64,000 nt of DNA from Cycas panzhihuaensis (Eukaryota; Plantae; Cycadophyta), in assembly GCA_023213395.1 (NCBI GenBank), contig CM041465.1, forward strand, positions 150,543,741 to 150,607,740, read 5' to 3'. The position numbers were made by a program, and so were the translations under genes. The notes under the pieces are model-generated. The model searched no databases and was not told the origin of the DNA. It saw nothing but the letters and a program-made list of their open reading frames with translations. Shown piece after piece: positions 25,619 through 40,925 of this stretch (positions are counted from its first letter, which is position 1; each line of letters starts with the position of its first letter).

Positions 25619-28600
25619 TATTTCCCAGCTTCCAAGAATGAGGTTTGGATACTTGACTAAATAAGGTAAGTGCAAGTATGTTTTTTCCCCTTTTCACTCT
25701 TTATTGATTTATATTTATAGTTGTGTAGTTAATACATACTTGATTATTGATTCATTCCCCTTTTATATGCTAATGATGATAAGGATGTTAGTCTAGGGCT
25801 TTGATGTCTGCCTAATAGACTTTTTAAGTTAGAAAAGGTACCACCTTAATTGCCTGCAACTTATTTCTTTACTAATTATTGCTTTGTCTTTGCTTGTTCA
25901 GATGTGTTTTTACCTTACTACCACTTGATATTGACTGATTGCTACCTTTAGGACCTGTCACTTTTGAGTTTGCTTAACTATATGATGAAAGGTTAGTGAA
26001 AAATGAATTCTATTTCCTTATTATTTTAGTTTTGGACTATATCAACAGTACCGTGAAGTATGTTATGGTACCATAAACAAATTTATACTACAACTATTAC
26101 CAGCCTAGATTTAAGTTTAATAATGATAATTAGCTTATAAATGATAGATTATTAGCCTTGGTAGGCCATGTTAGCCCTAGGTTAGCTTACAACAGTCTTG
26201 AGAGGCTAAACATGCCTCAATCTTCTTATTTATTTTATTTTCCTTAAGGAAAATCCCTCAAACCATGAGCGTCACTCATGGTTTTTCCTACATTGTGGAT
26301 AGAAAGGCACCAACCCTTCACCCTATTTCATCCATAAAACCGCCTCATTTTTTCAAACGAGTGGAGGAGATATTCCATGCAAGAGTACCCTACTATTATG
26401 CCATCAATTTTTTTCTAGAGCACTAGTAAATTTAAACCAAGCAACTAGATATCATTTGGGAGATTGCAAGCAAGCAACCATAAGCTATTGGAGAGTCTTT
26501 GGGGAAAGATTCAATAACCATTGGACATTATTCCCTTATAAAGGTATAGGCAATCCACTTATCCTTGCTTAGGTTAGTATTCATTCTCTTCTCTACATCT
26601 TGGTCATGTAATATTATGTGATTTCATGATGGAAATTTACTAGCAGATATATTTTGTCACTTATCATCTCATTTACTCAATGAGTGGAGTCTCTTCTTGT
26701 GTTCTTTTCGTATTTCTTGGTTGATCTCTTTGAACAAGTTATAAGATTGGGGAGGTTTTCTAAGTACAACATAGGAAACCACACATATTTGGGAGACGAT
26801 TGCCATTCTAAGGCACCCCAACCCAACCCATCCTATCTCATTCTCTTTTGCTTATAGATTAGAGATTTTTATTTTATGCTTGTACTTATCTTTCTATGAG
26901 CTACATATATGATTGAGCATTATTAGACCTCTTACAGATCTCTTTCTTTTGTGAGGCACTAACTTGTATGTAGGAAGAAGAAAGATAGTTTTTAAGGCCA
27001 TCTATTTTAAGTTCTTTCTTAAAAGAACTACCACATTTCTTCACACCAATTATTTCTAAAGTAGTAAGATTGAAAGTTTATCTTATTATACCTTTCTTTT
27101 TTCATCACAAGGGTGTTTGACAAGCAAAAATGCTACTGAAATCCTCTTAGGAGTGGGTAAGTATTAACTTCATCTCCTTCTTATTATGCTAAGGATGCTG
27201 TAATGCGTAGAAGGAAGCTATTGCTTCATTGACCCACTCTTTTTTGGGTACACATCATCTCTTTTAGTTTATTATTCTTTGTTTGATGCTTTTAAAGGAA
27301 AAGAACGAAGAAAAAAAGAGAAAAGGAAAAGTACAAATATCTCTTTATTTTTCTTCTTATTTCATTTTCTTCTTGTTTTCCTAAAAATGAAATTAAAAAA
27401 ACAAAAGAGAGATAAAGGAATAAGTAAAGAAAAGGTTTTGCTTAGTTTGCCTAGTTTCTTTTTCCCTTTTCTCTTTTATTTTATTTCAAAAAAAAAAAAA
27501 TAGTACAAAGAGAGAGAGAGAGAAAGTAAAGAGAAGGATTTGCTTTAGTTTGCCTAGCTCTTTTTCCCATTCTTTTCCCTCTTTCTTTTATATCAAAAAA
27601 AAGAAATGAAAAAGAGAAAAGGGAAAAGGAAAGGATTGTTTGCATTGCATTTTCTTTATCTACACTTGCTCTTATGTTGTGCTACATTTTTTTAAGTAGA
27701 AGAATGAACTAATAGATTACATACTAGATTTCCAGCCCAAAATATGAGGAGAATCTATGCTAATGCAAGTCTCAAATTTGTAAGAGTAGAATATAAACCC
27801 CACTAGGCATTGGCTAAGTGCATTTATCCAAATTGAGAGAGCATATAGTTGTATTTTAAGAGTTTGTTACAACTTCCCCTTTTTCCATAGGCATCATTTG
27901 ACATCTAAGAGTCATCCATTCCTTTTGATGCATATGTACGCTTACTTGGATGCCCTTAGTTTAGCCTCTTAGGTATAAAGAAGTGACTCCCCTTGCATGT
28001 GCACTCAAGTAGTACATGAGCACCCTATGTTGGCATCTTATGACTCATTGCATATTTGTAGGTCCTACAACCTAGGTCTACCATTATTTAGGTATAATCA
28101 TCTTAGGACATCATTGTTAAAAGCATTCTATTAGCAACCATACTATGGACTTGCCAGTTGGAAAGCTTTGAAACCTTTTAGAAATTTCACATACACCATC
28201 CCCATCACATTTAGGATTTGATAGGGTGTTAAGTAGCAATCCACATATTCCCTACCCTTATCCTCTATTTCCCAGCTTCCAAGAATGGGATTTGGACACT
28301 CAACCAAGTAAGGTAAGTTTAAGTATGTTCTTTGTCCCTCTTCACTCTTTATTTGATTTATTTTTAAGATGGTGTGGTTAGCACATGCTTGTTTGCTTAC
28401 TTGTTGGTCACTTTATGTCCCTTTTTACATGCCTATGATGATTAGGACATTGGTCCATGGCTTTGATATCCACTAATTAGATTTCTTGGGTTGGAAAGGG
28501 TGTCTCACTGACTCCCTATGACTTATTTCTTTCTGATTATTATTTTATTTTTGCTTATTTGGCCTTAGTTCCAGCTTTTTACCACATGCTACTAATTGAT

Positions 28601-30649
28601 TGATGCCTTAAGACCTATTGTTTATGAGACTATTTAATTGCATGAAGGAATTAATGGGAAAATTTAACTTTGTTGCTTTATCACTTAATGTTTTCATTAC
28701 ATTAGTACTATTGCAAAGTATTTTGTAGTACTACATATATATTTGTGGTATCATAAATAACTCTATAGTATGATTGTCACCAATCTATATTTAGGTTTAA
28801 TGGTGATAAATGACTCATAAATGAAGATCTATCAGTTCTAACATTCTATTAGTAGCCCCAAGTCGGTTTACACTTGCTTAAAGAGGCTAAACATGCCTCA
28901 AACTACATAAATTATACCCATTTCAAAGTTAGATTCATCAAACCATAAGTAAGAGCTATGGTTTTTGGTTGATGGTTTCCAACATATTATGGAAAGAAAA
29001 TCACCAACCCATTACCTTCCTTTCATCTATAAATCACCCTTATTTTCCAAAGGGAAAGGGAGAGACATTAAGGCAAGAGTTACTACGCAATTATGCTACT
29101 AATTTTTTGTTAGAATACTAGAAATTGAAAGTAAGCAACTAGCTACTATTGGGGAGATTGCAAGTAAGACATCACAAGCTATAGGGGAGTCCTTAGAGGA
29201 GTGATTTTAGTAACCATTAGCCACCATTCTCTTTCAAGGTATAGGTAAACTACTTTTCGTTTTCTTTGGTAAGACTACTCTCTCTTTTCTTCATCTTATT
29301 CATGCCATGATATGTGATTATGTGATGAGAGTATGCTAGTAAGTTTCCTTCTTATTCATCTTCTTATTTGTTGAGTGAGTTAATTATCCCTTTATGATCT
29401 TTTTCTTATTTTTGAATGATCTTCTTTAATAGGATTAGGGAGGTTTGCTAAGTATGACTTAAGAAACCACTCATATTTGGGGGGTGATTTCCATTATGAG
29501 GCACCCAAACCCATCTAATATTATTCTCTCCTATTTATAGATTATCATTTTAATACTTTGCACCACTCTTTCTATGAGTTACATATATATATTTGAATTC
29601 CATTAATTATCTTATAGATCTCTTTATTTCATGGGATACTAATTTGTATGTAGAAAGGGAAGAGTAAGCTTTTACGGTCATCTACTTAGCATATTCACAT
29701 GAAGAAGGTTATAACAACTACTCACATCGATTACCCTTCAAAGAGGTAAAATGGGAGTTCATTTTGTAATGTTTTTTCTTTGATTTAACAACTTTCATCT
29801 CTCCTTTTTTATCATAAGAGGCTTTCATCAAGCTAAAATACTGCTAAAATTCTTTTAAGGGTAGGTAAATATTAGGCCCCTTTTCTCTCATGGGAGAAGT
29901 TTCACACATTTACATTTATTTTGCATTAAATTTCTAGAGTAGGGGATTAAACCACTAGGTTGCATACTAGGTTTCAAACCCAGATGTGAGGAGTGACCAT
30001 GTTCACATAAGTCCTAAATGTGCAAGGATAAAAATGTAAACTCATTAGGAATAGACCAAGTATATTCATCCAAATTTAAAAGCATGTAATTGTATTTTAG
30101 GAGTGTATTATATTTTCCCTCAATTTTCTGTATAAACTATTTTACGTTATGGGGTTATTGATTCCCTTTAATGCATATATGCTCTCATTTAGATGTCCTT
30201 AATTTAGCCTCTTAAAAAGAGAAAAATGATTACTCTTGAACACATGCTTAAGTAACACATGGGTGCCCTTCATTAGTTTCTTAAGATTCTTTACACACCC
30301 ATAGACCCGCACCTTAGGTTTATTATCATTTAAGTATAATCATCTTAGGTTGTCTCTATTAGGTGTATTTCACTGGTGGCCATATTGGGGACTTGCCAGT
30401 AGGATAGCCATTCACTCATTCAAGGAATTCCTCTCATCACCTCCCCACATTTGGGTTAGTTAGTATGTTAGGTAGTGATCTACATTGTTCTTATCCCTAC
30501 CTTCCTTATATTCTTCCTAAGTAGAGTGGCAAGCTCATGATTGTGACATATATCACATCATTTATGTGGCTTACTATCTTTGGAAGTCCCATCCCCTTAT
30601 GACTTCATCAAATTAAGTGACCAAGAGTCACTAATGTAGGGATTCTTGT

Positions 30650-33600
30650 TAGATTAGGCATACAATTTGTATACCCATGATTAGCCTAAACCGAAGGTTC
30701 CTTACCCTTATGAGGATCTCATCCATGCTGGTGGAGATCCTTCATATCAATTATATGAGTAAGTAAAACCATATCCCATGGTCCTTCATCCACATATACT
30801 TGAGGGGTCCCAATAATATGACCTTGCTCTATATCTACAATATGCATCTATCCCCTTTCTAACACACTAGGGTCAATATGGAGAGTCATTTGCCTTCTGC
30901 GATCTAGCACATATCCCACTTGAGGCCATGATGGAACTATTAAAGGAACGCTATGAAGCAAATGTTGGCCAACCTCCTCCATGATGGCTATAATGGTTAC
31001 TCCCGAGTTTGTCATTTACCTCTTTTATCATTCCTCCTCCTACTTCCACTCAACCTCCATTATTAACCCTCACTAAAATTATGACTACATCATAAATATC
31101 TCTAGGTGCTCCATCTGATCATAAACTTTCACAAGGTGTAAAAACTTCCTAAATACAGGGGAGCATGGCTCCCTTTCACATTATAATCTCACTATTGAGT
31201 GTAGTCCATATGCCTATGATACCTACCACCATACCTCCATGCCCTCATTATCTAGGTCAAGGAGGATTAGACCCCATTCACCCTCATCTGCAACATAGGG
31301 ATCCATCTTTGTACATTCCCTCTAGTTACACTTTACAACACTAGGGGCATGGGGGTTTAAACCCCCTACCTATATATGGAGTATACCCTCTTCATCCATA
31401 TGGGGTCGCCCCTCCTATTAGGGGACCTTTTGGTCAAAACCCCTTGTCCTATCCATTGTCCTAAGTAATGCAATTAGTTCTAACCATGGTCCCCCTTAAG
31501 GAGGACCCTTGCCTCCCTATTCCTCATCTTATTATGCTCTCAGTCCCCTAGGTGCAATGGAGAGCATTCAATCCATGTATCCTCCTTACCCTTGTGTTGG
31601 TCTAAGGAATCCTCACCCACACCCTTATGCATCTTATCCTTATGGAAGACCACCTCCTCTACACCAATTAGAGGGAGTCCCATATGACTCCCCTTCGTAT
31701 CCACCTTATCACCATGGTCATAGCCCTACACCCCTCCTTCTTACCCATCTTATGTAGGTAGTGGATACCCTTATATAGACCTTATAAACCCTCCTTTTGG
31801 CTTTTTAATTAAACTAGGGGTGTGCCTCTTATTGACTATAGGTTGAGCCCCTTTTCCATGGAGGCCCTAAGAATTAACCTACTACCTCATCCCCATGAAG
31901 TGCCTAAATTCGATGACACTTATCCCTAAGACGCCACTACTCGTATTAGAGATTTTTCCATGGCATGCATCAATTATTGGGTGTACAATCACATTTTAAT
32001 AAAATTATTTCCTCAATCACTACAAGGAGATGTATTGAAGTGGTTCTACTACATACCTATGCATTCCATATCTACATTTCAACAATTAGTTGATGCTTTC
32101 ATCAATTATTTCAATGTGGCTTGACCTTTTAAAAGTGGGGTTAAGGCCCTAATTTTGTTTAAACAAGGTCATAATGAATTGAATTATGATTTTGTCCAAT
32201 ATTTCCATGACCTCCTTCACTCTTCTAAGGCCACACTATCAGAAGAGTTGAAGAGGGATATTTTCACAAATGCATTACATCTCGAGGTACACATAAAGGT
32301 CCTCAAAATGGGGGCAACTACATATGAATCCACCATAGATAAACGCTTGGTATTAGAATTGATTAAGATCCAAGTGAATCTAAAATAGATTCCTAAACAT
32401 ATATAAAATTACCAGGAATTGCCTCCCCTATATGACCAAAAAGAAGCCTAACAACCCTCTAGGTCCTCTATCAATACAACTAATAAGACCTTCAACCTAC
32501 TCACTTCTATCATTTATTCATTTGAGTGAATGATAAGGGACCTAAAGTTATAACCAATATAGCTTGCTTTTAAGCCACATCCATCCCCATAAGGATACCA
32601 ATAGGTCCATTAAACTACCTAAGCCTTATCATCTAAAAATGAGGGTACTTAATCATCTCAAGGAAAGAGGATAAGGCCCCCTCCCAAAAAGAAGTGGTGC
32701 TCAGTCCATAGTGAGTGCACCCATGATGATTCAAGGTATTAGAATTAACACCCTGAGCTTGTGTTACTGCATGACCCCCCCATCCTAAGGTGCAAGATCC
32801 ATTCCCTAACCGTAAGGAACAAGATTAAGGGACACAACAACAAAATAGGTAGATAAGATTTAGGAGGGGAGCTCCTCCTCTCCCATCAAATCAATCTAAG
32901 GGTAAAGAGCTTGTCAATACCTCATCCCCTTTGAGCCTAATGGCTCAACCTGTAACATCCTCCTAGACCATAAATAAGGGTAAGAGGATTATTTAGTTAC
33001 TTGAGACTACTCAAGCATGCCTAGTCATATGGTCTCAAGTTACGAAGGAGGCCTGCGAGGCCTCTATGTCGCAATAACTAACATCTTTAGAGAATCCCCT
33101 AACTAAGATTCTTATTATACCAAAGACCATACATGTATGCCTAGGGCACTACGATTTCAAGTGTGCCATCCCCCAACCCATAGGCAAAAGGAAGGCCTTC
33201 TCAATAATTAAAAGACTCCATATAGTCTCTACTAAAATGTCTATGATAAATATTCTAAAGAGTTGCCTCTATTATAGAGCCTTCGTTTTGGAGGCCTTAG
33301 GGTATAATAATGTACCCATCCATACTATGGGCAGTTCTTCATCTTGAGGGTCCACACTCATCATGTTTGATCAACATGACCTTCTAGCAGCCAAGTATAA
33401 GTAGGCTCTATTAGCATTATCCCTTTATAATCTTAATTGAAATGCCTAAGTTCACCCTGAAGAGGATTATTATAGATAGTAGTTCCTTAATCAATATTAT
33501 TCTTGTGTGTATGCTCTAAAAGTTGCAAATAGAGGCTCCTGAGCCTATCCCTTAGAGATGACAAGGGTATGATGGGAATGAGAAGGCACTTTTAGAAATG

Positions 33601-36600
33601 GTGACACTCCCTCTAACCTTGGAAGACAAGACCATGAAAATAGACATTGTTGTCTTAGACATCAATGTAGATTACAATTTCTTATTAGGTTAGCCATGGC
33701 TTGACCAAATGGGAGCCATTTACTCATTATAGTAGGTTCAATTTAAATTTACCCACCAAGGGTAAATTAAGGTTATCACTTGAGAGCCACCCATAACTAA
33801 GTGATCCCACTAATGATGCCAAGCAAATTTCAAAGTGGAAGATAGAGAGAAGGACTTATCTGATCCATCTATCATAGGGTTCTTTGAGAATAAAGTACCT
33901 TATAAGGGGGAGGGTCTCCCTTCCCCTTAATCAAACTTAGTAAATTTTACTCTCATTGGTGTTGGGAGCTATGACTATTTCGCTATTTTTAGTAATATGG
34001 AGTTTGATGATGGTTATAGGGAACTACTATAACAAATTTCTTTCCTCAATGTTACGAGGGGGGAGACATCACAAATTAACACACCATCTCTATTTGGCCT
34101 GAACCCCTATATGTCTAGATTACCCCTACCATAAGTTCTCCCTCTCCACCAAGGAAAGAATCTCCCTATATTAGGGCATGGTTATCTCATCACTTGCTCC
34201 AAATTGTGTATAACTAGTATCTTGATCAAGGGGACCCCACCTCTCTCAAGGATGTGATGAGGGGGCACCATCCCTCTCCTTTCATCCAAGCTACCTTCTA
34301 GGGGAGGCTCCTTTGAGGGGTATATAATAGATTAATTGACCATGTATCAGATGCTCCTTTGGTTATCTTCCACATACTATGTACTATTAATTTGCTTAGG
34401 TATGTGGGGGACCAACCAACCATCAAGTGCTCCTCTATAGGGCCTAATTAATAACCATTGACTAGTAATGAGGATAAGGACTTTGAATTAGTCTTCTCTC
34501 ATGATGAGTCCATCATATATGACCTCATGCCCATTTGACATTCCTTAGTCTAAATGAAGGTAAGGCCTATTATGAGGGTATAATCTAGCTTATTTGAAGA
34601 GTTACCTCACTATGTAGACTGACTATTAGATCATTATCAATTTATTGCACCTTTGCATACTCCCCAACCTCCTATAAGTAAGACTATCCATGGGATAGAT
34701 TGCTTTGAGAATGACAAAGACTTGTTGGAATATCTAGTAGGGATCTCCCTTAATCTACCCTCTAGACACCATAAGCTTGAATTCTAGAAGTGTTTGGCCA
34801 TCAACTTCCCCTTAATTGAGCCTAATGAAGTGATCATTCCCCTAAACTACTTATTGACCAAGCTCCTCATTATTTTAAGGAGGGGAATGTATTATGCATG
34901 GGGGTAACTAAGGATATTGTCCTTACCCCTAATAGGAACATTAAGATCAATATTGAATGCTATTCCTAGGAAGTTAGGGAGTACACAAAACTATTCCATG
35001 AGTTTTACAATGTGTTTACATGGGATATCTCTGACATGAAGAGCATCAACCCTAGTATTATCACTCATAATCTTATGACAATTCTAGGTGACCATCCCAT
35101 CTAACAAAAATAACACCCATGTCACCTAAAATTATTAGCTATAGTTAAGGTGGAAGTAGAGAAACTACAAAGTGTAGGTCTCATTACTTTTATTAATGAC
35201 CCAAAATGGGTATCCAATATAGTCCTAATCACTAAAAAGAATGGAACCATTCATATTTGCATTGATTTCATATACATCAATAAGGCATATCCGAAGGATA
35301 ATTTTTTGTTACTATTTATCAATCAAATCATGTATCATATAGTGGGGTTCAAAGTTATGTTCTTAATGGATGGATTCTTAGGATATAACCAAATTTAGAT
35401 TTCCTTTGAGGACCATCACAAAATATCCTTCACTACTACTTGGGGGATATTCACAATCAAGGCAATGCCCTTTAGCTTAAAGAATGTCAAGGTGACCTAC
35501 TAGAGGGCCATGCAGTTCATCTTTCATGACCTCATTAATAAGATTCTTGATGTCTTTATGGATGACCTAATGACCCTCTCTCATAAGAGGGCTAATCACC
35601 CCACAAACCTGAGGAAGGTCTTTACCAAGTGTAAATACCATGTCAACTTAAATTTGCTCAAATGTATTGTTGTGGTAATAGTTATCAATCTCTTAGGTTT
35701 CCTAGTATTATAAGAAGGAATCTAGGTTGACCCAAATAAGGTTAAGGCTATAGTTGAGATATTGCCCCTAAGACATAATAATAAATCAAGTCATTTCTAT
35801 GGAAGTTGGGTTTCTTAAGGTGCATTTTGGCATACTTTATTATTAATGTGAAACTACTAACCAATTTTCTTAAAAAAGGGACTCCATTCATTTGGACCCC
35901 TAAAGACTAAGAGGCCTTTCAAGAGCTTAAGAGAGCTCTGGTCTCCACTCTAATATTAGCCTCTCCATTATTTGATTAGCCTTTTATCCCTTATATATTA
36001 GTAACTGATGAATCTATCATTGATATGCTTGCCCAAGAAGATGACTTTAAGATCAAAAGAGTTATCTACTTCATAAGTTGCACCTTAGTGGTGGATAAAC
36101 TAAACTATCCTCCTACAGAGAAGGAATGCTTAGCATTGGTGTTCACTATCAACATTACCTCCTTAGTAAAACCACATATGTTATAGTCTAATTAGACTTA
36201 TTACATTATTTAAAGACCCAGTTTGATTTGATAGAGAGGACAAGTAAGTGGGCCATCCTTCTATAAGAATACAACCTTAAGTTTGTTAATCAAAAATCAA
36301 AGAAGGGTATGGTTCTAGTTGAGCAACTCACCGATGCACTAGTTACCAACTTTATGAACATCTCAGTTGATGACTCTCTAGCTAATGAACCCCTTCTAGT
36401 GTTGCAATATGTTGCTCCCATATGTTGGTCAATAACGAATTGTATAACAAAATAATTAACAACCTCATGTAGAAAAAATATCCCATAAACACCAGTAAGA
36501 AGGTAAGGTTACATGTACATGCTTCTACTTGATAATGCTTCCTCATAGAGGACATATTATATAAGAGGTTATTTGATGGCAATTTCCTCCATTACATTAA

Positions 36601-37690
36601 CTTGGAGGAGACTGACCAAGTCCTTTATGAATGCCATGATAACATTTGTAGTGGACACTTTAAGGGCCAATCTATGGCCCAATGAATGTTATGCATGGGC
36701 TTCTATTGGCCAACACTATTAAAGGACACAAATATACCAAGTATTACGACAAATACTAAGAGTATGTTGACATGATCCACTAGCCTTCTAAGGTACTACA
36801 CACAATAATGTCATCATGGCCATTCTCCTAATAGGGTCTTAACCTCATTGGGGCCATAACCCCATCATCCTAGGCCCAACATAAGTTCATTCTAAAGGTA
36901 ATAAAATACTTTGCTAAATGGGCCAAGGCTATCCTTCCATCCTTCATGATGAGTAAAATAGTTGTTACTTTCATCTTTCAACATATTATTTGTTAATTCA
37001 GAGTCCTTGGCATCCTCATTATAGACAATGGGAACCCTTCTTATAATAAAGGGATGGATGAGCTTTGCGAGAAATTTAAAATCCCTTATAAAATATCATC
37101 TCCTTATTACCCTTAGGCCAATGGCTAGATCAAGGCTTTTAATAAGACCTTGATCAACATTCTCAAGAAAACCATTACCCAATTCAAATGGGATTGGCAT
37201 CTCTAGCTTCACTTGATCTTATAGACCTATTATATGTCCATCAAGTTGGCCATAGGTATAATGCCATAACAATGGGTATGTTGTCATTCTCCTTGGTTTA
37301 TGAATTGAAAGTAGTGCTACCCCTCAAAGTTGAAATCCCTTCCTTAAGAATTATGTAAATAAAGAATGGCAATGTCAAGCCTGTCTACTTGATCTCAAGG
37401 TGCTATATGAGAAACACATCTGTGCATATCAAGCTAACCTTGCATTTGAGGCTAAAGCCTAAAAGACACATGATAAACATCTCCAATTGCAACCTCTAGT
37501 CCCTAAGGACCCAAGTCCTTAAGGTAGAATACTTATATGATTGCTTATCCAAATTTGGCTCTAAATGGGTGGGCCCTTTCATGGTCATTATAACCCTAAA
37601 TAATGGTGCATGCTAGATTACTATATTAGAAGGCCTCAAGTTCAAAAAGGTCATCAATGGGTAATTCCTTTAGAGGTTCTATAGTTATCC
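30650..37690 (+). pseudogene. Tat4 gag-pol (gag, PR ~33440-33780, RT ~34950-35760, RH ~35950-36350, INT ~36600-37690)
   Basis: EVPKFD, WVSNIVLITKKNG..ICIDF, MDGFLGYNQI, FMDDL (35555), YPPTEKECLAL, CSGHF and PYYP*ANG motifs, in Gypsy order RT-RH-INT. Confidence 0.9.
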
Positions 37691-37729
37691 TCATAACACT
37701 CCAATATAGGGGGTAGCCAATCGATGCTT

Positions 37730-37935
37730 TGCTATAAGCCTAAACTACCAACAATGCATTCGTATGGACCTAAATTGCTAATATTACTCTAGTATAAGCT
37801 TAGACTACCAAACGCCCACTCCAAAATGAGCCTAAACTACCCTTATTTATGCCATATATCCCCTTGTAAGGGGGCATTATGCAAAAGTATTCCAATTCCC
37901 TTTCTCACTCCAAAATGAGCGTAAATTATCCCCAC
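37730..37935 (+). repeat. Short degenerate repeats with core GCCTAAACTACC just 3' of the integrase
   Basis: About five copies; related copies occur at ~40697-40740 and in the Tat5 repeats. Confidence 0.7.
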
Positions 37936-38409
37936 CTTGGATGTTGTTACCTCTTCAGAAGGTGCCTCACTAAGGTCCATCTCCTACCATTCTTGGCCAG
38001 TGATCAAATTGACCCCATAATGGGGGCATGTGACTCTTCCATGAGTATAAATTGGTAGATAAATGTATGACATCATTTTATGTGGATGGTATGTGTGTGT
38101 GGTATGTGCAAACTACGATGCTATATATATGTGTGAGAGCTACAACACCATGCACAAGAGTAAATGTTAGGTTAAACATGCATAAAAGTAAGAACATAAA
38201 CATGTTAGGATGATGAAACATATAAGATATATCCACATATTAGGTATAAAAGAGATATTATATTTATATAAACACATACACATACAAAATGAAGAATAAT
38301 ATGGATAGGGATACTACATCCCATGAGGAAGCTGGGACCCTTGCAAGGGTATACAACTATATATATAAACTCGATACCCTTGGAGGCCTAGCTCTCCTCT
38401 ACAAAATAC

Positions 38410-38960
38410 AAAACACAAATGTCCTCCCATACCCTCAAGGGGTGTCATCCCCTAGCTATGGTCTCCTCTACTCTAGGGGTGTCTAAGTATCCCTTAAGCT
38501 TCTCCTTGACCATTATGATAGCCCAACCTCACTATCCTTATCTTGTAGATGACCCTCCTCTCTCTAATGTTGCTTTGTCATCATCATAGTACAAGTCTTA
38601 GAAGAGCAGACCATAATCTACTCTACCAGTTGATCATACCTCTCTTAAAGTTGATCTTTCTCTACCTAATGTCTCAAGTATGGAAATTTGTACCTCTATG
38701 CTAAGATCCATCTATATATGTGCAGTTACAATTCGAGGCACTATCTCTATACCCTGTGCCTCCAACTCCCTGACCTAAGCCTATAGTTAGTCCCTTTCTA
38801 CCTAGAGTTTCCCCCTCTCAACTTGAATCTTGTCCTAGTCTAATCGTAGCCTATGGACCTCTACAACCCACATCTCCCTAGCCCTCAATAAAGGGGCAAA
38901 TGTTGTTATATATGGACATTTTAATGTTGGCTCCTCAATATCCACTATATGAGGCTAGCC
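38410..38960 (-). pseudogene. Tat4 antisense gene, coiled-coil exon (no PMD exon recognisable)
   Basis: The reverse complement matches 59430-59890 (the TTTGCCCC..GAGGG block and ..RYDQL..). Confidence 0.6.
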
Positions 38961-40079
38961 CTTTTCATTTTTAGGTAAGCCTTTTTCATCCTCAAATCAC
39001 CTACCTTATATCCTATTAGGTTTTATAGTCCATGGGACTAGATTTTTTCCCTAATTACTAATTTAGTGCCCATGTTAGCCCTTTATACATAAAATACCAT
39101 CTGACCCTTCATTTCTTATGATTTTTACTACCTTTCCTATTTATTCCCTATGCCTAATTCACATCTCTAGCTCAATTGTTTTTAACCATTTGACAACCTT
39201 TGACCATATTGTTAACTCTTTAGTCATTTATACTACCCCATTATTCACCTTAATGAGCTCTTAGGCACTTTTGACTCCTCCTTATTGGCATATATTCCAT
39301 TTATGTCAAATGATATTTTCCTAGTTGTTGTACCATTCTCCTACCATGATTTCATCTGGGCTTAGGATGGTCATATGTACGACTTGGACAAGGGCACTTA
39401 TGATAATTCCTACATGTGCTTGATCATGGTGGATGCACTCCATGGTCATTAATTGGATGAACTTGCTCTATGCATACCCTATTGTTGATGCTTAGGATTG
39501 TCACATGACTTGCCCTTTTATATCCTATGGTTTAACCTCTTTACTAGGTGTTCATGGCTTGGCATTGGTTATATTCAAATGTTGCATGTTGCTACTATGA
39601 TGACTCTCTTAGCCTCTTTATAGTCTAGCCCACCTTTGCACCTACCTCACACTACTTGGGTATGGATATGTGTATCACCTCTTGAAGCTATTCTTAAAAA
39701 AAAAAAAAAAAGTATAAAATAAGGGTATGTTTTAAGGGTGGGATGCCCACCACCACCTTCTTGGTATTCATGGCAGGTCGCATGATGGCCTTATCCCCAC
39801 CTATGATTTGTAGTTTGGGTTTGACTGAGTGGGTTATTTGGGACTTAGATCTAGTTGTTCAGACCCACCATGGTCTCAATTATGATCAAAACCTACTCAA
39901 CATGGTTATTTCTCTACATGGATTTTAGAGGAGTTTTATAATTTTGGCCTATAGTCATTCCTAAAGACTAAGATCTTTTTATCGTTCTAGCCATACTTAC
40001 ACACATGTTTGATCTCCTTTTATTGTTCATTGACTTTTTCTATTCCCACTATTTAGTGATCATATCATTGTATATCCCC

Positions 40080-40500
40080 ATGGCATTGATCATCCACACT
40101 AATGGGGGTATCCATGGGAATCTAGGGCCTTTTGTTATGGCCTAGATCACTTTGGATCACATTGGGAATAACTTAGTTCAATTTGGAGTTTACCTACCTA
40201 AAACTACTAATAGTGAAGCCGATTACACCACCATTACAGAGGCCTTGACTGATGCACTTTGCTTCTAATATGGATCCATATTTTTATGTTGTGACTCCCA
40301 GATTATCGTATCCCAACTTACCCAAGTTTACTAGATCCTTTGCCTATGGTTAAAGTCTCTATCCACATCTACTATAGCCACACCTACTAGGTCTCTCTTA
40401 GCCCAATTCGCCTCTATTGATATTCATCACATCCCTTATGGACTTAACATCAAAGCTACTAAGTTGGTGAACTTCATCTTAGAACATCATTTACTACTAG
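40080..40500 (+). pseudogene. Tat4 stand-alone aRH
   Basis: MALIIHTNGGIHGNLGP...LPKTTNSEADY..ITEALTDAL...CCDSQIIV...HIPYGLN...ILEHHL*. Confidence 0.85.
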
Positions 40501-40870
40501 TGGACACTGGTGGATGGCTCTCCTTTAGCCTAAGGGGCCACACTTTGAGATATATATCTTAGGAGCATTCCCCTCAGGCTCACCTTTAAGGGGCACCCAC
40601 TGATGAGGTAAAACTATGATGGAAACCTTGAGCATACAAAACCCCTTTCAGAAGCTAAGCCATGTTGTTGAAGCTTCCCATATGCTCTAGCGAAAGCCTA
40701 AACTGCCACTCCAACTCTAAAACAAGGGTAAACTACCATACATATTTGTATATATTTATCTTCCTTTCTATCATTTGTATATTTCCCTTTTTATGAAACC
40801 TTTATTTATGAAAAAAAAAATAGAAAACCATTAAATAATAAAAAATATAAAACGATCAAAAAGTCCATAT

Positions 40871-40872
<2 letters not shown>

Positions 40873-40923
<51 letters not shown>
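40873..40923. repeat. (TAA)n microsatellite
   Basis: Directly visible in the sequence. Confidence 0.95.

Positions 40924-40925
<2 letters not shown>

Noticed and set aside
37730-37935. Repeat-spacer pattern superficially like a CRISPR array
   Set aside because: The context is a eukaryotic retroelement, the repeats are degenerate with irregular spacing, and there are no cas genes.
39696-39711. A16 tract as the tail of a retrocopy or SINE
   Set aside because: No flanking TSD or recognisable upstream body was identified.
40600-40630. CTGATGAG...GAAAC resembling a hammerhead ribozyme core
   Set aside because: There is no convincing stem II (G rather than C precedes GAAA), and stems I and III are not evident. 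The related copy at ~40984 lacks GAAA.
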